Shown: positions 43,289 to 54,469 of the stretch, in pieces
Numbering within the stretch: the first letter of the stretch is position 1
Layout of the letters: the number at the start of each line of letters is the position of its first letter
Assembly (NCBI GenBank): GCA_934277945.1
Contig: CAKQWA010000002.1
Span: 162,410 to 226,409, forward strand
DNA length: 64,000 bases
Source: an uncultured Alphaproteobacteria bacterium
GTDB lineage: Bacteria > Pseudomonadota > Alphaproteobacteria > CAAGCB01 > CAG-977
Direction of reading: 5' to 3'
Notes under the pieces: generated by a model
The model's input: the letters and a program-made list of their open reading frames with translations, nothing else
What the model was told of the DNA's origin: nothing
Databases searched by the model: none
Translations under genes and position numbers: made by a program

Positions 43289-44713
43289 TTAAAATACACT
43301 ATTTTCGCTTTCGGCGGACATTTTTTTATAATGAATCATCTGGCGGCGGAAAATTTCAAGCGCGCACAGGAAAGCGACCGCGTCCGAAACGGGAATGGCG
43401 GCATACACGCCGCGCAATCCGAAATAATGCGGCAGGATGTGCAAAGCGGGCACCAAAAACAGCAGTTGACGCGACAGTACAAGAAACATCGCCGTTTTCG
43501 TGCGCTTCGTCGCCTGCAAAAACAGGCTGGTCGCAATCTGCATCCCGACGGTGCAAAGCCCTGCGGAAGCCGTCGGCAGAGCGATCAGCGCGACTTTCAG
43601 CCATTCCTCGTCCGCCGGATTGAACAGCAGGGCGATCGCGCGGGTTTGCGTAAAGATCACGGTTTGCCCGACGATGCACAAAAGCGTGGACACGCCCGTC
43701 GTCGTCATGAACACGCGGCGCAGGCGGTCGTACTTCTTCGCGCCGAAATTGAACGCGATAATCGGTTGCGCCCCCTCGCACAGACCGATGACGAACATCA
43801 GCATGAACAGAACCGTCGACGTGGACACGCTCATCGCCGACAAAGCGTCGTCGCCGCCGTACGCGCGCAGAGAGCGGTTCAGAATCGTCTGGACGAACCC
43901 CGCGCAAATCTGAATGGCGAACTGCGCCATGCCCGTGTTGACAATCGCCAGAACGACGTTCAGGCTCAACATCAGGTTGCGTCGGCGCACCTTGAACGGC
44001 GAGCGTTTGACAAAGAACGACGCGGCGAACAAAAACGACAGCACCTGCGAAATGACCGTCGCCTGCGCCGCGCCCGCAATGCCCCTGTTCAGCACGAAAA
44101 TGAAAATCGGGTCGAGCACCGTGTTCGCGACCGCGCCGACCATCAGCGTCATCATCGCGTATCGGGGATGCCCGCACGCGCGGATGAAGTTGTTTAAAAC
44201 CATGTTCGTCATGTACAGCGTGCCGCTCAAAAGGCAGATGCGCACATACGTTTCGGCGTAGGGCAAAATGGTTTGCGTCGCGCCCAAAAACAGCAAAATG
44301 TCTTTCAAAAAAACGCGTAAAAGCAGGCTTGTCACCGCGCCGGCGATGAAAATCAGCACAAAAGCGTTCGCCATGATGCGTTCCGCCGTCGGAATTTTAT
44401 TCTGTCCCAGCCGCACGGAAAAATTCACGCTGCCGCCGACGCCGACCATCATCGCGACCGCCATCATGAAAATAAAGACGGGATAACTGACGGCGACCGC
44501 GCCCAGCCCGACGGAGCCGACGCCGTTGCCGACAAAAATGCGGTCAACCAGATAATACAGTGAATTGACGACCAATCCGGCAATGGCGGGCAAGCCGAAC
44601 CGCCAGAGCAGTTTCGATATTTTTTCGTTCGCCAGATCCTTTTGAATGTCCGCCGCGTCGTTTTTCATGTCTTTTTCTTTCACGAAAACCCCCTTGCCTT
44701 TATTGAAAAGCAA
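43289..44713 (-). CDS. MATE-family multidrug efflux transporter
   Basis: About 12 TM segments with MATE/NorM-like repeats. The true start may be the internal 'MKNDAAD'. Confidence 0.7.
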   Translation of the reverse strand: MLFNKGKGVFVKEKDMKNDAADIQKDLANEKISKLLWRFGLPAIAGLVVNSLYYLVDRIFVGNGVGSVGLGAVAVSYPVFIFMMAVAMMVGVGGSVNFSVRLGQNKIPTAERIMANAFVLIFIAGAVTSLLLRVFLKDILLFLGATQTILPYAETYVRICLLSGTLYMTNMVLNNFIRACGHPRYAMMTLMVGAVANTVLDPIFIFVLNRGIAGAAQATVISQVLSFLFAASFFVKRSPFKVRRRNLMLSLNVVLAIVNTGMAQFAIQICAGFVQTILNRSLRAYGGDDALSAMSVSTSTVLFMLMFVIGLCEGAQPIIAFNFGAKKYDRLRRVFMTTTGVSTLLCIVGQTVIFTQTRAIALLFNPADEEWLKVALIALPTASAGLCTVGMQIATSLFLQATKRTKTAMFLVLSRQLLFLVPALHILPHYFGLRGVYAAIPVSDAVAFLCALEIFRRQMIHYKKMSAESENSVF

Positions 44714-44738
44714 GGGGGTTTGTCAAGAGCGTCTTTTG

Positions 44739-45494
44739 TTAAAAAGCGATTTTGAAATTCGCCCCCACGGAAAAACCGGACGTGTCGACGCCCGTGTCGT
44801 GAAACAGATACGATCCGTTCACGCCGACCGCCATTCTGTCGGACAGGACGTATTCCGCTTCGCCAAAGACGGAATAAGCCTGCTCTCTGGCGTCTTCGTG
44901 GCGGTAGGAAGCGTCGAAGCCCGCGCGCACGGCGACGGTTTCCTTAATCATGGAATAGCCCGCCACGCGCACGTCGTAGTACGCTTCGTTGCGGTCTTTG
45001 CCGTAGTTGACCGGCTGTGTGAAGCGGAATTCGGCATACGGCATGACCACCGCGTCGGGCGTGTAGCCGACGCGCACGAAAGCCGACAGGTCGCGGTGCG
45101 ATCCCTCCTGCTTGTACGACGCGCCGATCAGCGTCAGAATGTCGGGGTATTGCGCCATGTCAAGCGCGTACACGCCGCCGAATCCCCAATAAACGTTGCG
45201 CATATCCTCGCTGGCTTCAAAACGGTTGCCGAGCGTGCCGGTCAGAGCGAAATTGTTGGAAACGCCGAAGCTGAATTCTTCGTTCAGATAAGTTTCCTCG
45301 CGTCTGTCCGTGCCGAAGCCGTACTTGTAATCGTCCCTGTGATACACCAGCGACGTGTGCGACAAAGCCCTGTTTTTCAGCGGCATATAAAACGGATTGG
45401 TGATGTCGCCGTACACGTTGGCGTCGACTTGTTCCTGCGCGTTCGCGGCGGAGCAAATCAAAATTCCGGTCAAAATCAGTAAAATTTTTTTCAT
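44739..45494 (-). CDS. Putative outer-membrane beta-barrel protein
   Basis: Signal peptide 'MKKILLILTGILICSAANA' and an aromatic-rich alternating sequence ending in '...FKIAF', a C-terminal Phe. The start was set at the internal Met. Confidence 0.45.
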   Translation of the reverse strand: MKKILLILTGILICSAANAQEQVDANVYGDITNPFYMPLKNRALSHTSLVYHRDDYKYGFGTDRREETYLNEEFSFGVSNNFALTGTLGNRFEASEDMRNVYWGFGGVYALDMAQYPDILTLIGASYKQEGSHRDLSAFVRVGYTPDAVVMPYAEFRFTQPVNYGKDRNEAYYDVRVAGYSMIKETVAVRAGFDASYRHEDAREQAYSVFGEAEYVLSDRMAVGVNGSYLFHDTGVDTSGFSVGANFKIAF

Positions 45495-45550
45495 GACAAG
45501 GTACTCCCCAAAATTACGCACATTGTAGGGAAACTGTGTTAACAAATCTT

Positions 45551-46291
45551 TTATCCGTTCGATTTTTTATCCCACGCCATCGCAATTCGGGCAAATTCCC
45601 TGCCGTCCGGCGCGCAGACGCTGTGAAACGTTTCGTTGCCGGTAAAGAGGACTTTCGAGATGATTTCATCGTCCGCGACGGCGGATTTTTTAAATTCGAC
45701 ACGGATTTGACGCAAAACGTTGTCTTTCAAAAAGTCGGCAGACAGCGCGTCCTGCGCGTACACGGGGTAAATCGAATTGTTCACATGGCCGTTCATGTCG
45801 ATGTCGTCGTAGCGCACGCTTTGGCGTTTTTCAACGTCCCACGTTTCAGGAAGCGGCAGACGCGCGAACGGCTCGTCAACGACGCGCTCCGGCACGACCT
45901 GATATTTGTCCGTCAGATTTTTGACGACGGACACGGGGCGCAAACGGACGGCGTCCAGCATGGCGAAGCGGCACGACGCGTTGACAAGGGCTTCCCCGTC
46001 CTGCGTTTTCATCTGCAATTCGCGCACGGCGATCATTGTCGTCGTTTCGCTGGGCCACGTCGTCAGCACGACTTTTTCGTCCCACGTCGGCAGGCGCGCG
46101 ATGCGGATGTCGTAAGACACATACACCCAGAAAACGCCTTTCGCCGCCAAATCGTAAAATCCGACACCCAGCCTGTCGGCGTGATCCGTCGCCGCCGCCT
46201 GCAACAGATTGAACAGCGACACCAGACGCAAGGTCTTTTGCGCGTCGCACTCGTAAGTGCGAATCGTGTAAGGAATTGAATACTTTTCCAT
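45551..46291 (-). CDS. Acyl-ACP thioesterase-like (double hot-dog) protein
   Basis: About 246 aa. 'YTIRTYECD...' and the second-half 'RYDDIDMNGHVNNSIY' resemble the acyl-ACP thioesterase family. The start was set at 'MEKYSIPY'. Confidence 0.55.
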   Translation of the reverse strand: MEKYSIPYTIRTYECDAQKTLRLVSLFNLLQAAATDHADRLGVGFYDLAAKGVFWVYVSYDIRIARLPTWDEKVVLTTWPSETTTMIAVRELQMKTQDGEALVNASCRFAMLDAVRLRPVSVVKNLTDKYQVVPERVVDEPFARLPLPETWDVEKRQSVRYDDIDMNGHVNNSIYPVYAQDALSADFLKDNVLRQIRVEFKKSAVADDEIISKVLFTGNETFHSVCAPDGREFARIAMAWDKKSNG

Positions 46292-46362
46292 TTTCCGCTC
46301 CGAACCGCCATTAACACGGCGCATTAGTCATCTGATAATATGAACACCGTTAAAACGGATTT

Positions 46363-47970
46363 TCAAGCGTTTTGCAAAATTTTTTCGGCGCACCTGAATC
46401 CGTCCGCGCCCGCCGACACAATGCCGCCGGCGTAACCCGCGCCCTCGCCGCACGGGTACAGTCCCGCGCAGGACACGCTTTCGCACGTCGCCGCGTCGCG
46501 CACGATGCGCACCGGAGAGGACGAACGGGTTTCAACGCCCGTCAGCACCGCGTCCGGACAATCGAATCCTCGCATTTTCCGCCCCGCCTGCACCAAACCG
46601 TCTTTTAAAGCCTCGTGCATGAAAGCGGGCAGGCACGCGCGCAAATCGCACGGCTGAACGCCGGACGGAAAAGACGGCGCAACGCTTTGAAACGCTTTTG
46701 TTTCGCGATTTTTTAAAAAATCCTCCGCCCTTTGCGCCGGCGCTTTGTACGATTTTCCGCCCGCGATAAAGGCGGTGCGCTCCATTTGCCGCTGAAACTC
46801 CACGCCCGCCAGCACGTCGCCGGACGGAAAATCGTCGGGCGTCACGTTGATTAAAAACGCGCTGTTCGCGTTCTCGCCGTCGCGCGCGTAATAACTCATG
46901 CCGTTCGTCACGACGGAATTTTCCTCGCTCGCCGCGCCGACGACCACGCCCCCCGGACACATACAGAACGAATACGCCGTCCTGCCCGACGCCAGATGAA
47001 GCACCAGTTTGTAATCCGCCGCGCCCAGCGGAAAAGGCGGCGTTTCGCGCCCGTACTGGATTTTGTTGATCAGCGACTGCCTGTGTTCGATGCGCACGCC
47101 CGCCGCAAACGCCTTGCGCTCCATGACGACGCCCGCGTTTTTCAGCATGGCGAACGTGTCGCGCGCCGAATGACCGATCGCCAGAATCAGACGATCCGCC
47201 GCGATTTCGTCCCTTTTGCCGTCGGACGAAAGCGTTTCAACGCCTGTCAGTCTGCCGTTTTGCATGCGCAAACCGCTCAATTTCGTTTCAAAGCGGTATT
47301 CCCCGCCCATCGCGACGACTTTTTCGCGCCAATTCTTCACGACGACCGCCAGATTATCCGTGCCGACATGCGCTTTCGCCAGATAAACGATTTCTTCGGG
47401 CGCGCTGCAATCGACAAACATGGCAAGCAGTTTTTCAATGTAAACGTCGCGTTTGTTGCCCGTATTGAGTTTGCCGTCGGAAAAAGCCCCCGCGCCGCCT
47501 TCGCCGAACTGCACGTTGCTTTCGGCGTTCAGCACGGATTTTTCCCAAAAAGTCCGCACGTCCGCCTGCCTTTGCGCAATCGGCTTGCCGCGCTCCAAAA
47601 TAATCGGACGCGTTCCCGCCGCCGCCAAAGCGAACGCCGCCGCCATGCCCGCGGGTCCCGTGCCGCACACGACGGGGCGGTTTTTCAAAACGGTTTTCGG
47701 GAAATCAAGCGGCGGTTCGGGCGCGTGCAATGCGGCGTACGGATACGAAATCCGGCGCAAAACGTCTTCTTCGCCGCCGTCGACCGACACGTCGAACGAA
47801 AACAGAAAGCGGATGTTGCTTTTCCGGCGCGCGTCGACGGATTTTTTCACCACGCGGCAGGACCGGATGTTTTGAATGCCCGTTTTGCGCGCAATCAGGC
47901 TTTCGTACTCCGACGGCTTGATTGTCAGCGGCGCGTCAATGTTGGAAATGCGAATCATGCGCCCTCTCAA
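46363..47970 (-). CDS. FAD/NAD(P)-binding oxidoreductase (uncharacterised FAD-dependent dehydrogenase family)
   Basis: Rossmann motif 'VVCGTGPAGMAAAFALAAAG' and FAD-dependent dehydrogenase-like regions. Confidence 0.6.
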   Translation of the reverse strand: MRGRMIRISNIDAPLTIKPSEYESLIARKTGIQNIRSCRVVKKSVDARRKSNIRFLFSFDVSVDGGEEDVLRRISYPYAALHAPEPPLDFPKTVLKNRPVVCGTGPAGMAAAFALAAAGTRPIILERGKPIAQRQADVRTFWEKSVLNAESNVQFGEGGAGAFSDGKLNTGNKRDVYIEKLLAMFVDCSAPEEIVYLAKAHVGTDNLAVVVKNWREKVVAMGGEYRFETKLSGLRMQNGRLTGVETLSSDGKRDEIAADRLILAIGHSARDTFAMLKNAGVVMERKAFAAGVRIEHRQSLINKIQYGRETPPFPLGAADYKLVLHLASGRTAYSFCMCPGGVVVGAASEENSVVTNGMSYYARDGENANSAFLINVTPDDFPSGDVLAGVEFQRQMERTAFIAGGKSYKAPAQRAEDFLKNRETKAFQSVAPSFPSGVQPCDLRACLPAFMHEALKDGLVQAGRKMRGFDCPDAVLTGVETRSSSPVRIVRDAATCESVSCAGLYPCGEGAGYAGGIVSAGADGFRCAEKILQNA

Positions 47971-48512
47971 AAATAAATGCGGATTTTCGCCATGACGGTT
48001 TCCGCGTCGAATTTGTTTTTCGTGATTTCGCCCTCCGCATCGGATTTGATGCGGCGGTATTCCGCGCCGATCGACAGATTTTGTCCCAGCGGCAGTTCAA
48101 CGCCGCCGATGTATTGAATCATGTCCGTCGTCACGCCGTCCCAGTCGCCGCGCCCGAAGCCGATGCCGCCGTACAGAAACTCGCCCAGATAGTAATTGTT
48201 GAAAACGCCGTGCAGTTTGTACGTCGCCTTGTCGTTTCCCGTCGGTTCGGCGGGCGTGTCTTTCTTGTCGATGTTCAGGTATTCCAGTTCCAGCCGGAAA
48301 AACGGAAAGACGACGCCGAACGCGCCCGAATACGCCGCGCGGGACGTGTTTTCGTTCAGCGTCGCGCCGCCCGCGCCCGATATGTAGCCGCTCATGCGTC
48401 CGTAGCGCATCATTTCGGACGCGTATTCCCCCGCCAAAGAACGCGCCCGCGCAACGTTCGCGCTCATCAGGCAGGCACAGCAGGCAATCAGGAAAAAAGC
48501 AATCTTTCTCAT
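47967..48512 (-). CDS. Small outer-membrane beta-barrel protein (OmpA-like / Opa-like porin family)
   Basis: Signal peptide, alternating Tyr/Gly-rich strands, and a C-terminal '...AKIRIYF'. The gene is coupled to its neighbours by ATGA overlaps. Confidence 0.55.
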   Translation of the reverse strand: MRKIAFFLIACCACLMSANVARARSLAGEYASEMMRYGRMSGYISGAGGATLNENTSRAAYSGAFGVVFPFFRLELEYLNIDKKDTPAEPTGNDKATYKLHGVFNNYYLGEFLYGGIGFGRGDWDGVTTDMIQYIGGVELPLGQNLSIGAEYRRIKSDAEGEITKNKFDAETVMAKIRIYF

Positions 48513-49054
48513 ACGCCCAACTCGGCGAAAATGCGGTCGATGTCATCCGTGTAGGTCGCAAGAAAAGCGTCTTCCTCCTGCACGAAATTGTTTTGAATCA
48601 GCGCGTTGACGCAGTTGCGGAAATCGTCCCAAAAACCGTTTTTGTTGTAAAAGAAGACGGGCTTGTTCTGCTCGCCGATTTGTTTCAGCACCAGAATTTC
48701 CGACGCTTCGTCCAGCGTGCCGAGTCCCCCCGGAAGCACGCAAAAAGCGTCCGAAGCCGCGTACATCGCGTCTTTGCGTTCGTGCATACTGGCGAATTGA
48801 TACACTTTTGTCAGCTCGAACCTCTGCAATTCGCGCTCCAAAAGATAATCGTTGATGTAGCCGACGACCGTACCGCCCGCCGCCATGCAACTTTTCGCCG
48901 CCGCGCCGATGACGCCGGACTGCCCCGCGCCGTAGTTCATGACAATGCCCTTTTGCGCCAGACGCTGCCCCAAAAGCACCGCACCGTCGTGATACACGGG
49001 GGAATTCCCCATGGCAGAACCGCCGAAAACCGCTATGGATTTAATTTCGCTCAT
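48509..49054 (-). CDS. LOG-family protein (cytokinin riboside 5'-monophosphate phosphoribohydrolase-like)
   Basis: 'AVFGGSAMGNSPVYHDGAVLLGQRLA', 'PGGLGTLDEASE' and 'GYINDY' match LOG/TIGR00730. Confidence 0.75.
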   Translation of the reverse strand: MSEIKSIAVFGGSAMGNSPVYHDGAVLLGQRLAQKGIVMNYGAGQSGVIGAAAKSCMAAGGTVVGYINDYLLERELQRFELTKVYQFASMHERKDAMYAASDAFCVLPGGLGTLDEASEILVLKQIGEQNKPVFFYNKNGFWDDFRNCVNALIQNNFVQEEDAFLATYTDDIDRIFAELGV

Positions 49055-49135
49055 TTTAATTTTTCCTTAAAAAACTTTTGCTTAAATATAGGCAAACGAG
49101 ATGTGTCTGTCATTATTTTTTGCGATTTTTTCCTG

Positions 49136-49912
49136 ATGAAAACTCTTTTTTTCGCCCTGATGTTCTCTTTGGCTCCGATGGAAGCGCGGGCGCAAAACGA
49201 CCCGTCCCTGCCCTCTTTGGGCGGCAACATCGGCGAGGGCGCGGAAGACGGCGAAGTGTTGAGTTTTATGGAATTGCGCCGTAAAAACATCAACTATTCA
49301 TCAAATGTTGATTCTTTTGACGTTGCGGGCTTGAAAATCGGGGAAAATCCGACTGCCGTCATCGCAACGGCGGAAGCGAACGGATTTCGCCTGAAACACA
49401 CGATTAAGAAAATCCCGACCTTTCTGGAATGGCAGCACAAGCGCGATTGCCTGAAAGACAAGGGACCGTCCTACGCGACTTTAAAAACCTGCGTCATGGG
49501 CGCGGCGGAAGACCACAATCAGCGTTACGTCGAAACGCTCGTCTTTGAAAAGCGGGAAATGAAAGAAAAACTGACAGTGTCGTTCACCAGCCCGTTTCAA
49601 GACAACGTCGCATACCGCATCGTGTACAAAAGCACGGGCAACCATTCTTGGAATTCGTCCGAAGAGGGACGCTATTTAAAGCAGAAACGCTGGATTGACT
49701 TTTGGACAATCGTCGCGCGCAAATACGGCACGGCGGACGATGAAGAATTGATGGTGTGGGGCAACAGCGAAGAAGGCGCGACTCTGCAAATCAAAATGAC
49801 GCCGTCGAATCTGGACGCTTACGTCACATTGGAAAATCTGACAATGCTGGATCGCGACACGGAAAATCAGAAATTGTCCGACCAAACGACCATGAACAAA
49901 TTCAGTTTTTAA
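49136..49912 (+). CDS. Secreted hypothetical protein
   Basis: An internal start 'MKTLFFALMFSLAPMEARAQ' gives a signal peptide, about 258 aa. A rho-independent terminator follows. Confidence 0.5.
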   Translation: MKTLFFALMFSLAPMEARAQNDPSLPSLGGNIGEGAEDGEVLSFMELRRKNINYSSNVDSFDVAGLKIGENPTAVIATAEANGFRLKHTIKKIPTFLEWQHKRDCLKDKGPSYATLKTCVMGAAEDHNQRYVETLVFEKREMKEKLTVSFTSPFQDNVAYRIVYKSTGNHSWNSSEEGRYLKQKRWIDFWTIVARKYGTADDEELMVWGNSEEGATLQIKMTPSNLDAYVTLENLTMLDRDTENQKLSDQTTMNKFSF

Positions 49913-49928
49913 TCTTTCCGACGAAAAA

Positions 49929-49955
49929 GCCCCTGAAAACAGGGGCTTTCGTTTG
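49929..49955 (+). terminator. Rho-independent terminator
   Basis: GCCCCTGaaaaCAGGGGC hairpin followed by TTTCGTTT. Confidence 0.6.
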
Positions 49956-50211
49956 CCGGAAACGGATTACTTGTACGTCCATGTAAGTTTGTTGCTTGTT
50001 TTATTTCCGCAAGCAGATGCGACTTCCGCCAAAGGCGGCGGCAACGGTTTGCCCGTATCGCCCAAATATTCTCTTTGACGCAGGAAAAACACGTCCGCGC
50101 GCCGCAAACGCCGCGCCCGCAACACAGACGAAAAGGCGGTAAAGCCCTGTACTCCGCTTCCCCTTTCCCGTGCGCCCCTCGCAAACACCCCTTTTGTCCG
50201 CCGCGCGCAAA

Positions 50212-50248
50212 CAAAAACCGCCGGAGAAAAACTCCGGCGGCTTTTTTC
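50212..50248. terminator. Bidirectional rho-independent terminator downstream of rpoC
   Basis: CCGCCGGAGaaaaaCTCCGGCGG hairpin with an A-tract 5' and a T-tract 3'. Read from the minus strand it gives a hairpin plus TTTTTGT after the rpoC stop. Confidence 0.65.
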
Positions 50249-50261
50249 TTCATAAGATCAA

Positions 50262-53200
50262 TCACTCTTCCTGAACGGGCGTGACGATTTCTTCGTTCTG
50301 ACCGGCAATAACCGGCGCTTCGATCGCTTCTCTGGCTTCCTTGTCGCGTTCGGCGGCAATGCGGCGCATTTTGCTGATGACCGAACCCGTGCCCGCCGGA
50401 ATCAAACGACCGACAATCACGTTTTCTTTCAGCCCGATCAAATCGTCTTCGCGGCCCGACACGGCGGCTTCCGTCAACACGCGGGTCGTTTCTTGGAACG
50501 ATGCCGCGGAAATGAACGAATCCGTCTGCAAGCTGGCTTTCGTAATACCCAGCAGGACGGGCACGGCCGTCGCTTCGCGTCCGCCGGAAGCCAACGTCTT
50601 GGCGTTTTCCTTTTCCAGCGTCGCTTCGTCGATCTGTTCGCCCGCCAGCAACGTCGTGTCGCCGGGGTTGACGACTTCCAGTTTCTGCAACATACGGCGC
50701 GCAATCACTTCAATGTGCTTGTCGTTGATTTTCACGCCTTGCAGTCTGTAAACCGCCTGAATTTCGCGAACCATGTATTCGGCGAACGCTTCAATGCCCT
50801 TGACGCGCAAGATGTCGTGCGGATCTTCCGAACCCAGCGTCATCATATCGCCTTTTTTGACCGTATCGCCTTCCTGAACCAGAATCAGTTTGTCCTTGGG
50901 CACGGGGTATTCGCGTTTTTCGCCGTCCGCGCCTTCGATAATCAGGTTCTGTTTGGCTTTGTAGTCCTTGCCCAGTTTCACGACGCCGTCGATTTCCGCG
51001 ATAATGGCGCAATCTTTCGGGCGGCGGGATTCAAACAATTCCGCCACGCGCGGCAGACCGCCCGTAATGTCGCGGGACTTACGTTCGATTTCAATCTGCG
51101 CGTAAACGTCGCCGAATTTGACCTGCGCGCCGTCGGCGACCATAATCGTCGATTTCGCCGGCAGGTTGTACGAACGAGCCGCCTGACCGTCGATTTCAAT
51201 GACAATCTGCGCCTTTTTCGCCGTTCCGTGCGTTTCAATCACATGAATCTGGCTCAAACCGGTCGCTTCGTCGCGCACTTCGTGAATGGTTTCGCCTTCG
51301 ACGAAGTTTTCAAACTTCACCGAGCCCGCCATGTCGACAAAGTACGGAATGACGTACGCGTTCCATTCAGCCAAGCGCGTGCCTTTTTCGATTTTGTCGC
51401 CCGTCTTGACCGCGACGACCGCACCGAACGGCACATGATAGTGCGTTTTGACAACGCCCTTGTCGTCGACAATCGACAATTCGCAGTCGCGCGCCGTGAC
51501 AATCGCTTCGCCCTTGGTGTTGATTTCGGGTTCGACGGAGAACTTCACAACGCCGTCCGCACCCGCTTCAATCGCGGACACTTCGACGTTTTGAGCCGTA
51601 CCGCCGACGTGGAACGTACGCATGGTCAACTGCGTCCCCGGTTCGCCGATGGACTGCGCCGCGATGACGCCGACCGCTTCGCCGATGTTCACGGGCGTGC
51701 CGCGCGCCAAATCGCGACCGTAGCACTTCGCGCAAACGCCGTTGTGACATTCGCAGGTCAGCGCGGAACGGACGTAGACTTTGTCAATGCCCGCTTTTTC
51801 AATCGCTTCCGCGTCGTTTTCGTCAATCAGGTGACCTTTGACCATCACGTCCGTCGTTTCATGGATTTCGTTCGTATCCATGTGAACGTGCGATTTTTTG
51901 ACAACCAGCGGTTTGCCTGTCGCGGGATCGATCACGTCTTCCTGAATCGTGCGTCCCAAGATGCGATCCGCCAGCGAAGCGACAACCGTCGCGCCGTCCA
52001 TGGCGGCGGAAACCCAGATGCCTTTTTCCGTGCCGCAATCGTCTTCGACGATAATCGCGTCCTGCGCCACGTCGACCAGACGGCGCGTCAGGTAACCGGA
52101 GTTCGCGGTCTTCAAAGCCGTGTCGGACAAGCCTTTGCGCGCGCCGTGCGACGAATTGAAGTATTCCGCCACGGTCAGCCCCTCTTTAAAGTTGGAGATG
52201 ATCGGCGTTTCAATGATTTCGCCGTTCGGCTTCGCCATCAAGCCGCGCATACCGCCCAACTGCTTCATTTGAGCCGCGGAACCGCGCGCGCCGGAGTGAG
52301 CCATCATGTAGACGGAGTTCAGCGGTTTGCTCGGATCGTCCTTGGAAATTTCCTTCATCATTTCGTCGGTGACCAGATCCGTACATTTCGACCACGCGTC
52401 AATGACTTTGTTGTATTTTTCACCTTGCGTAATCAAGCCGTCCTGATACTGCTGTTCAAATTCCTTGACCTGCTTTTCCGTCGCTTTAATCAGTTTCGTT
52501 TTCGCTTCGGGGATGATCATGTCGTCCTTGCCGAACGAAATGCCCGAAACGGCGGCGTATTTGTAGCCCATGTTTTTGATTTTGTCGGCGAAAATGCACG
52601 TCGCTTTCTGACCGCAGTGGCGGTACACGATGTCGATGATTTCCGTGACTTCCTTTTTACGCAACAGTCTGTTGAACAGGCTGAACGGAATGTTCGGATG
52701 CTTCGGCACAATCTGCGACAGTAAAACGCGCCCCGGAGTCGTGTCGAACACCTTTTTGACGATTTTGCCGTTGTCGTCCATGACTTCCAAGCGGCATTTG
52801 ATTTTCGACTGGTAGTTGACCAAGTGTTCAAACAGCGCCATTTCGACTTCGTTGACGCCGGAGAACATCATGCCCTCGCCGGGCTGTCCGTCGCGCGCCA
52901 AAGTCAGATAGTACACGCCCAAAATCATGTCTTGCGTCGGCACGATAATCGGCTTGCCGTTCGCGGGGGACAGAATGTTGTTCGTGGACATCATCAAAAC
53001 GCGGGCTTCCAACTGCGCTTCCAGCGACAAAGGGACGTGAACGGCCATTTGGTCGCCGTCGAAGTCGGCGTTGAACGCGGTGCAGACCAGCGGATGCAAC
53101 TGAATCGCCTTGCCTTCGATCAGCACGGGTTCAAAAGCCTGAATACCCAAGCGGTGCAGCGTCGGCGCGCGGTTCAGCAGAACGGGATGTTCGCGGATGA

Positions 53201-54443
53201 CTTCTTCCAGAATGTCCCAGACTTCCGGACGTTCTTTTTCGACCGCGCTCTTGGCGGATTTCAGGGTCGACTGACCGTACATCTGCAATTTTGCCAAAAC
53301 GAACGGCTTGAACAGTTCCAAAGCCATTTTCTTGGGAATGCCGCATTGATGCAGTTTCAGTTCGGGACCCACGACAATCACGGAACGACCGGAATAGTCG
53401 ACGCGCTTGCCGAGCAGGTTCTGACGGAAACGCCCCTGTTTGCCTTTCAGCATATCGGCAAGAGATTTCAGCGGACGTTTGTTCGCGCCCGTAATCGCGC
53501 GACCGCGGCGACCGTTGTCGAACAAAGCGTCGACGGATTCCTGCAACATACGCTTTTCGTTGCGCACGATGATTTCCGGCGCGCGCAGTTCCAGCAAGCG
53601 TTTCAAACGGTTGTTGCGGTTGATGACGCGGCGGTACAAATCGTTCAAGTCGGACGTGGCGAAACGACCGCCGTCCAAGGGAACCAACGGACGCAAATCA
53701 GGCGGAATGACGGGAATGACGTCCAGAATCATCCATTCGGGTTTGGAACCGGATTCCAAGAACGCTTCGACCAGTTTCAAGCGTTTGATCAGTTTTTTGC
53801 GGCGCGCTTCCGAATTCGTCGAACGCAATTCGGCGCGGATGGTCTCCGCTTCCTGTTCCAGATTGATGGACGACAGGATTTCTTTCAACGCTTCGGCGCC
53901 GATGCCCGCGCGGAACGAATCTTCGCCGTATTCCTCAATCGCTTTCTGATACTGGTCTTCGGTCAGCAGTTCGTTGACTTTCAACGGCGTCAGACCGGGT
54001 TCGATGACGATGTATTTTTCAAAATACAGCACCGCTTCCAAGTCTTTCAGCATCATGTCGACCAGCAGACCGATGCGGCTCGGCAGGGATTTCAAGAACC
54101 AGATGTGCGCGACGGGCGCCGCCAGTTCAATGTGTCCCATGCGTTCGCGGCGCACTTTGGAGGTCGTGACTTCCACGCCGCACTTTTCGCAGACCAAGCC
54201 TTTGTATTTCGTGCGTTTGTACTTGCCGCACAAACATTCGTAGTCCTTGACGGGTCCGAAAATGTGCGCGCAGAACAGACCGTCGCGTTCGGGTTTGAAC
54301 GTGCGGTAGTTGATCGTTTCCGGCTTTTTGATTTCGCCGTACGACCACGAACGGATACGATCGGGCGACGCCAGAGAAATCTTGATGTGATCGAAAGATT
54401 TGGGCTTTTCGACCGGATTGTAAGTTTTCATAACTTCGTTCAT
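50262..54443 (-). CDS. rpoC: DNA-directed RNA polymerase subunit beta'
   Basis: 1393 aa with '[14 protein letters not shown]', the Zn-binding CxxC motifs, and other unmistakable beta' motifs. Confidence 0.97.
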   Translation of the reverse strand: MNEVMKTYNPVEKPKSFDHIKISLASPDRIRSWSYGEIKKPETINYRTFKPERDGLFCAHIFGPVKDYECLCGKYKRTKYKGLVCEKCGVEVTTSKVRRERMGHIELAAPVAHIWFLKSLPSRIGLLVDMMLKDLEAVLYFEKYIVIEPGLTPLKVNELLTEDQYQKAIEEYGEDSFRAGIGAEALKEILSSINLEQEAETIRAELRSTNSEARRKKLIKRLKLVEAFLESGSKPEWMILDVIPVIPPDLRPLVPLDGGRFATSDLNDLYRRVINRNNRLKRLLELRAPEIIVRNEKRMLQESVDALFDNGRRGRAITGANKRPLKSLADMLKGKQGRFRQNLLGKRVDYSGRSVIVVGPELKLHQCGIPKKMALELFKPFVLAKLQMYGQSTLKSAKSAVEKERPEVWDILEEVIREHPVLLNRAPTLHRLGIQAFEPVLIEGKAIQLHPLVCTAFNADFDGDQMAVHVPLSLEAQLEARVLMMSTNNILSPANGKPIIVPTQDMILGVYYLTLARDGQPGEGMMFSGVNEVEMALFEHLVNYQSKIKCRLEVMDDNGKIVKKVFDTTPGRVLLSQIVPKHPNIPFSLFNRLLRKKEVTEIIDIVYRHCGQKATCIFADKIKNMGYKYAAVSGISFGKDDMIIPEAKTKLIKATEKQVKEFEQQYQDGLITQGEKYNKVIDAWSKCTDLVTDEMMKEISKDDPSKPLNSVYMMAHSGARGSAAQMKQLGGMRGLMAKPNGEIIETPIISNFKEGLTVAEYFNSSHGARKGLSDTALKTANSGYLTRRLVDVAQDAIIVEDDCGTEKGIWVSAAMDGATVVASLADRILGRTIQEDVIDPATGKPLVVKKSHVHMDTNEIHETTDVMVKGHLIDENDAEAIEKAGIDKVYVRSALTCECHNGVCAKCYGRDLARGTPVNIGEAVGVIAAQSIGEPGTQLTMRTFHVGGTAQNVEVSAIEAGADGVVKFSVEPEINTKGEAIVTARDCELSIVDDKGVVKTHYHVPFGAVVAVKTGDKIEKGTRLAEWNAYVIPYFVDMAGSVKFENFVEGETIHEVRDEATGLSQIHVIETHGTAKKAQIVIEIDGQAARSYNLPAKSTIMVADGAQVKFGDVYAQIEIERKSRDITGGLPRVAELFESRRPKDCAIIAEIDGVVKLGKDYKAKQNLIIEGADGEKREYPVPKDKLILVQEGDTVKKGDMMTLGSEDPHDILRVKGIEAFAEYMVREIQAVYRLQGVKINDKHIEVIARRMLQKLEVVNPGDTTLLAGEQIDEATLEKENAKTLASGGREATAVPVLLGITKASLQTDSFISAASFQETTRVLTEAAVSGREDDLIGLKENVIVGRLIPAGTGSVISKMRRIAAERDKEAREAIEAPVIAGQNEEIVTPVQEE

Positions 54444-54469
54444 GTTTTTCCTCTTTTTTCAAAAAGCGA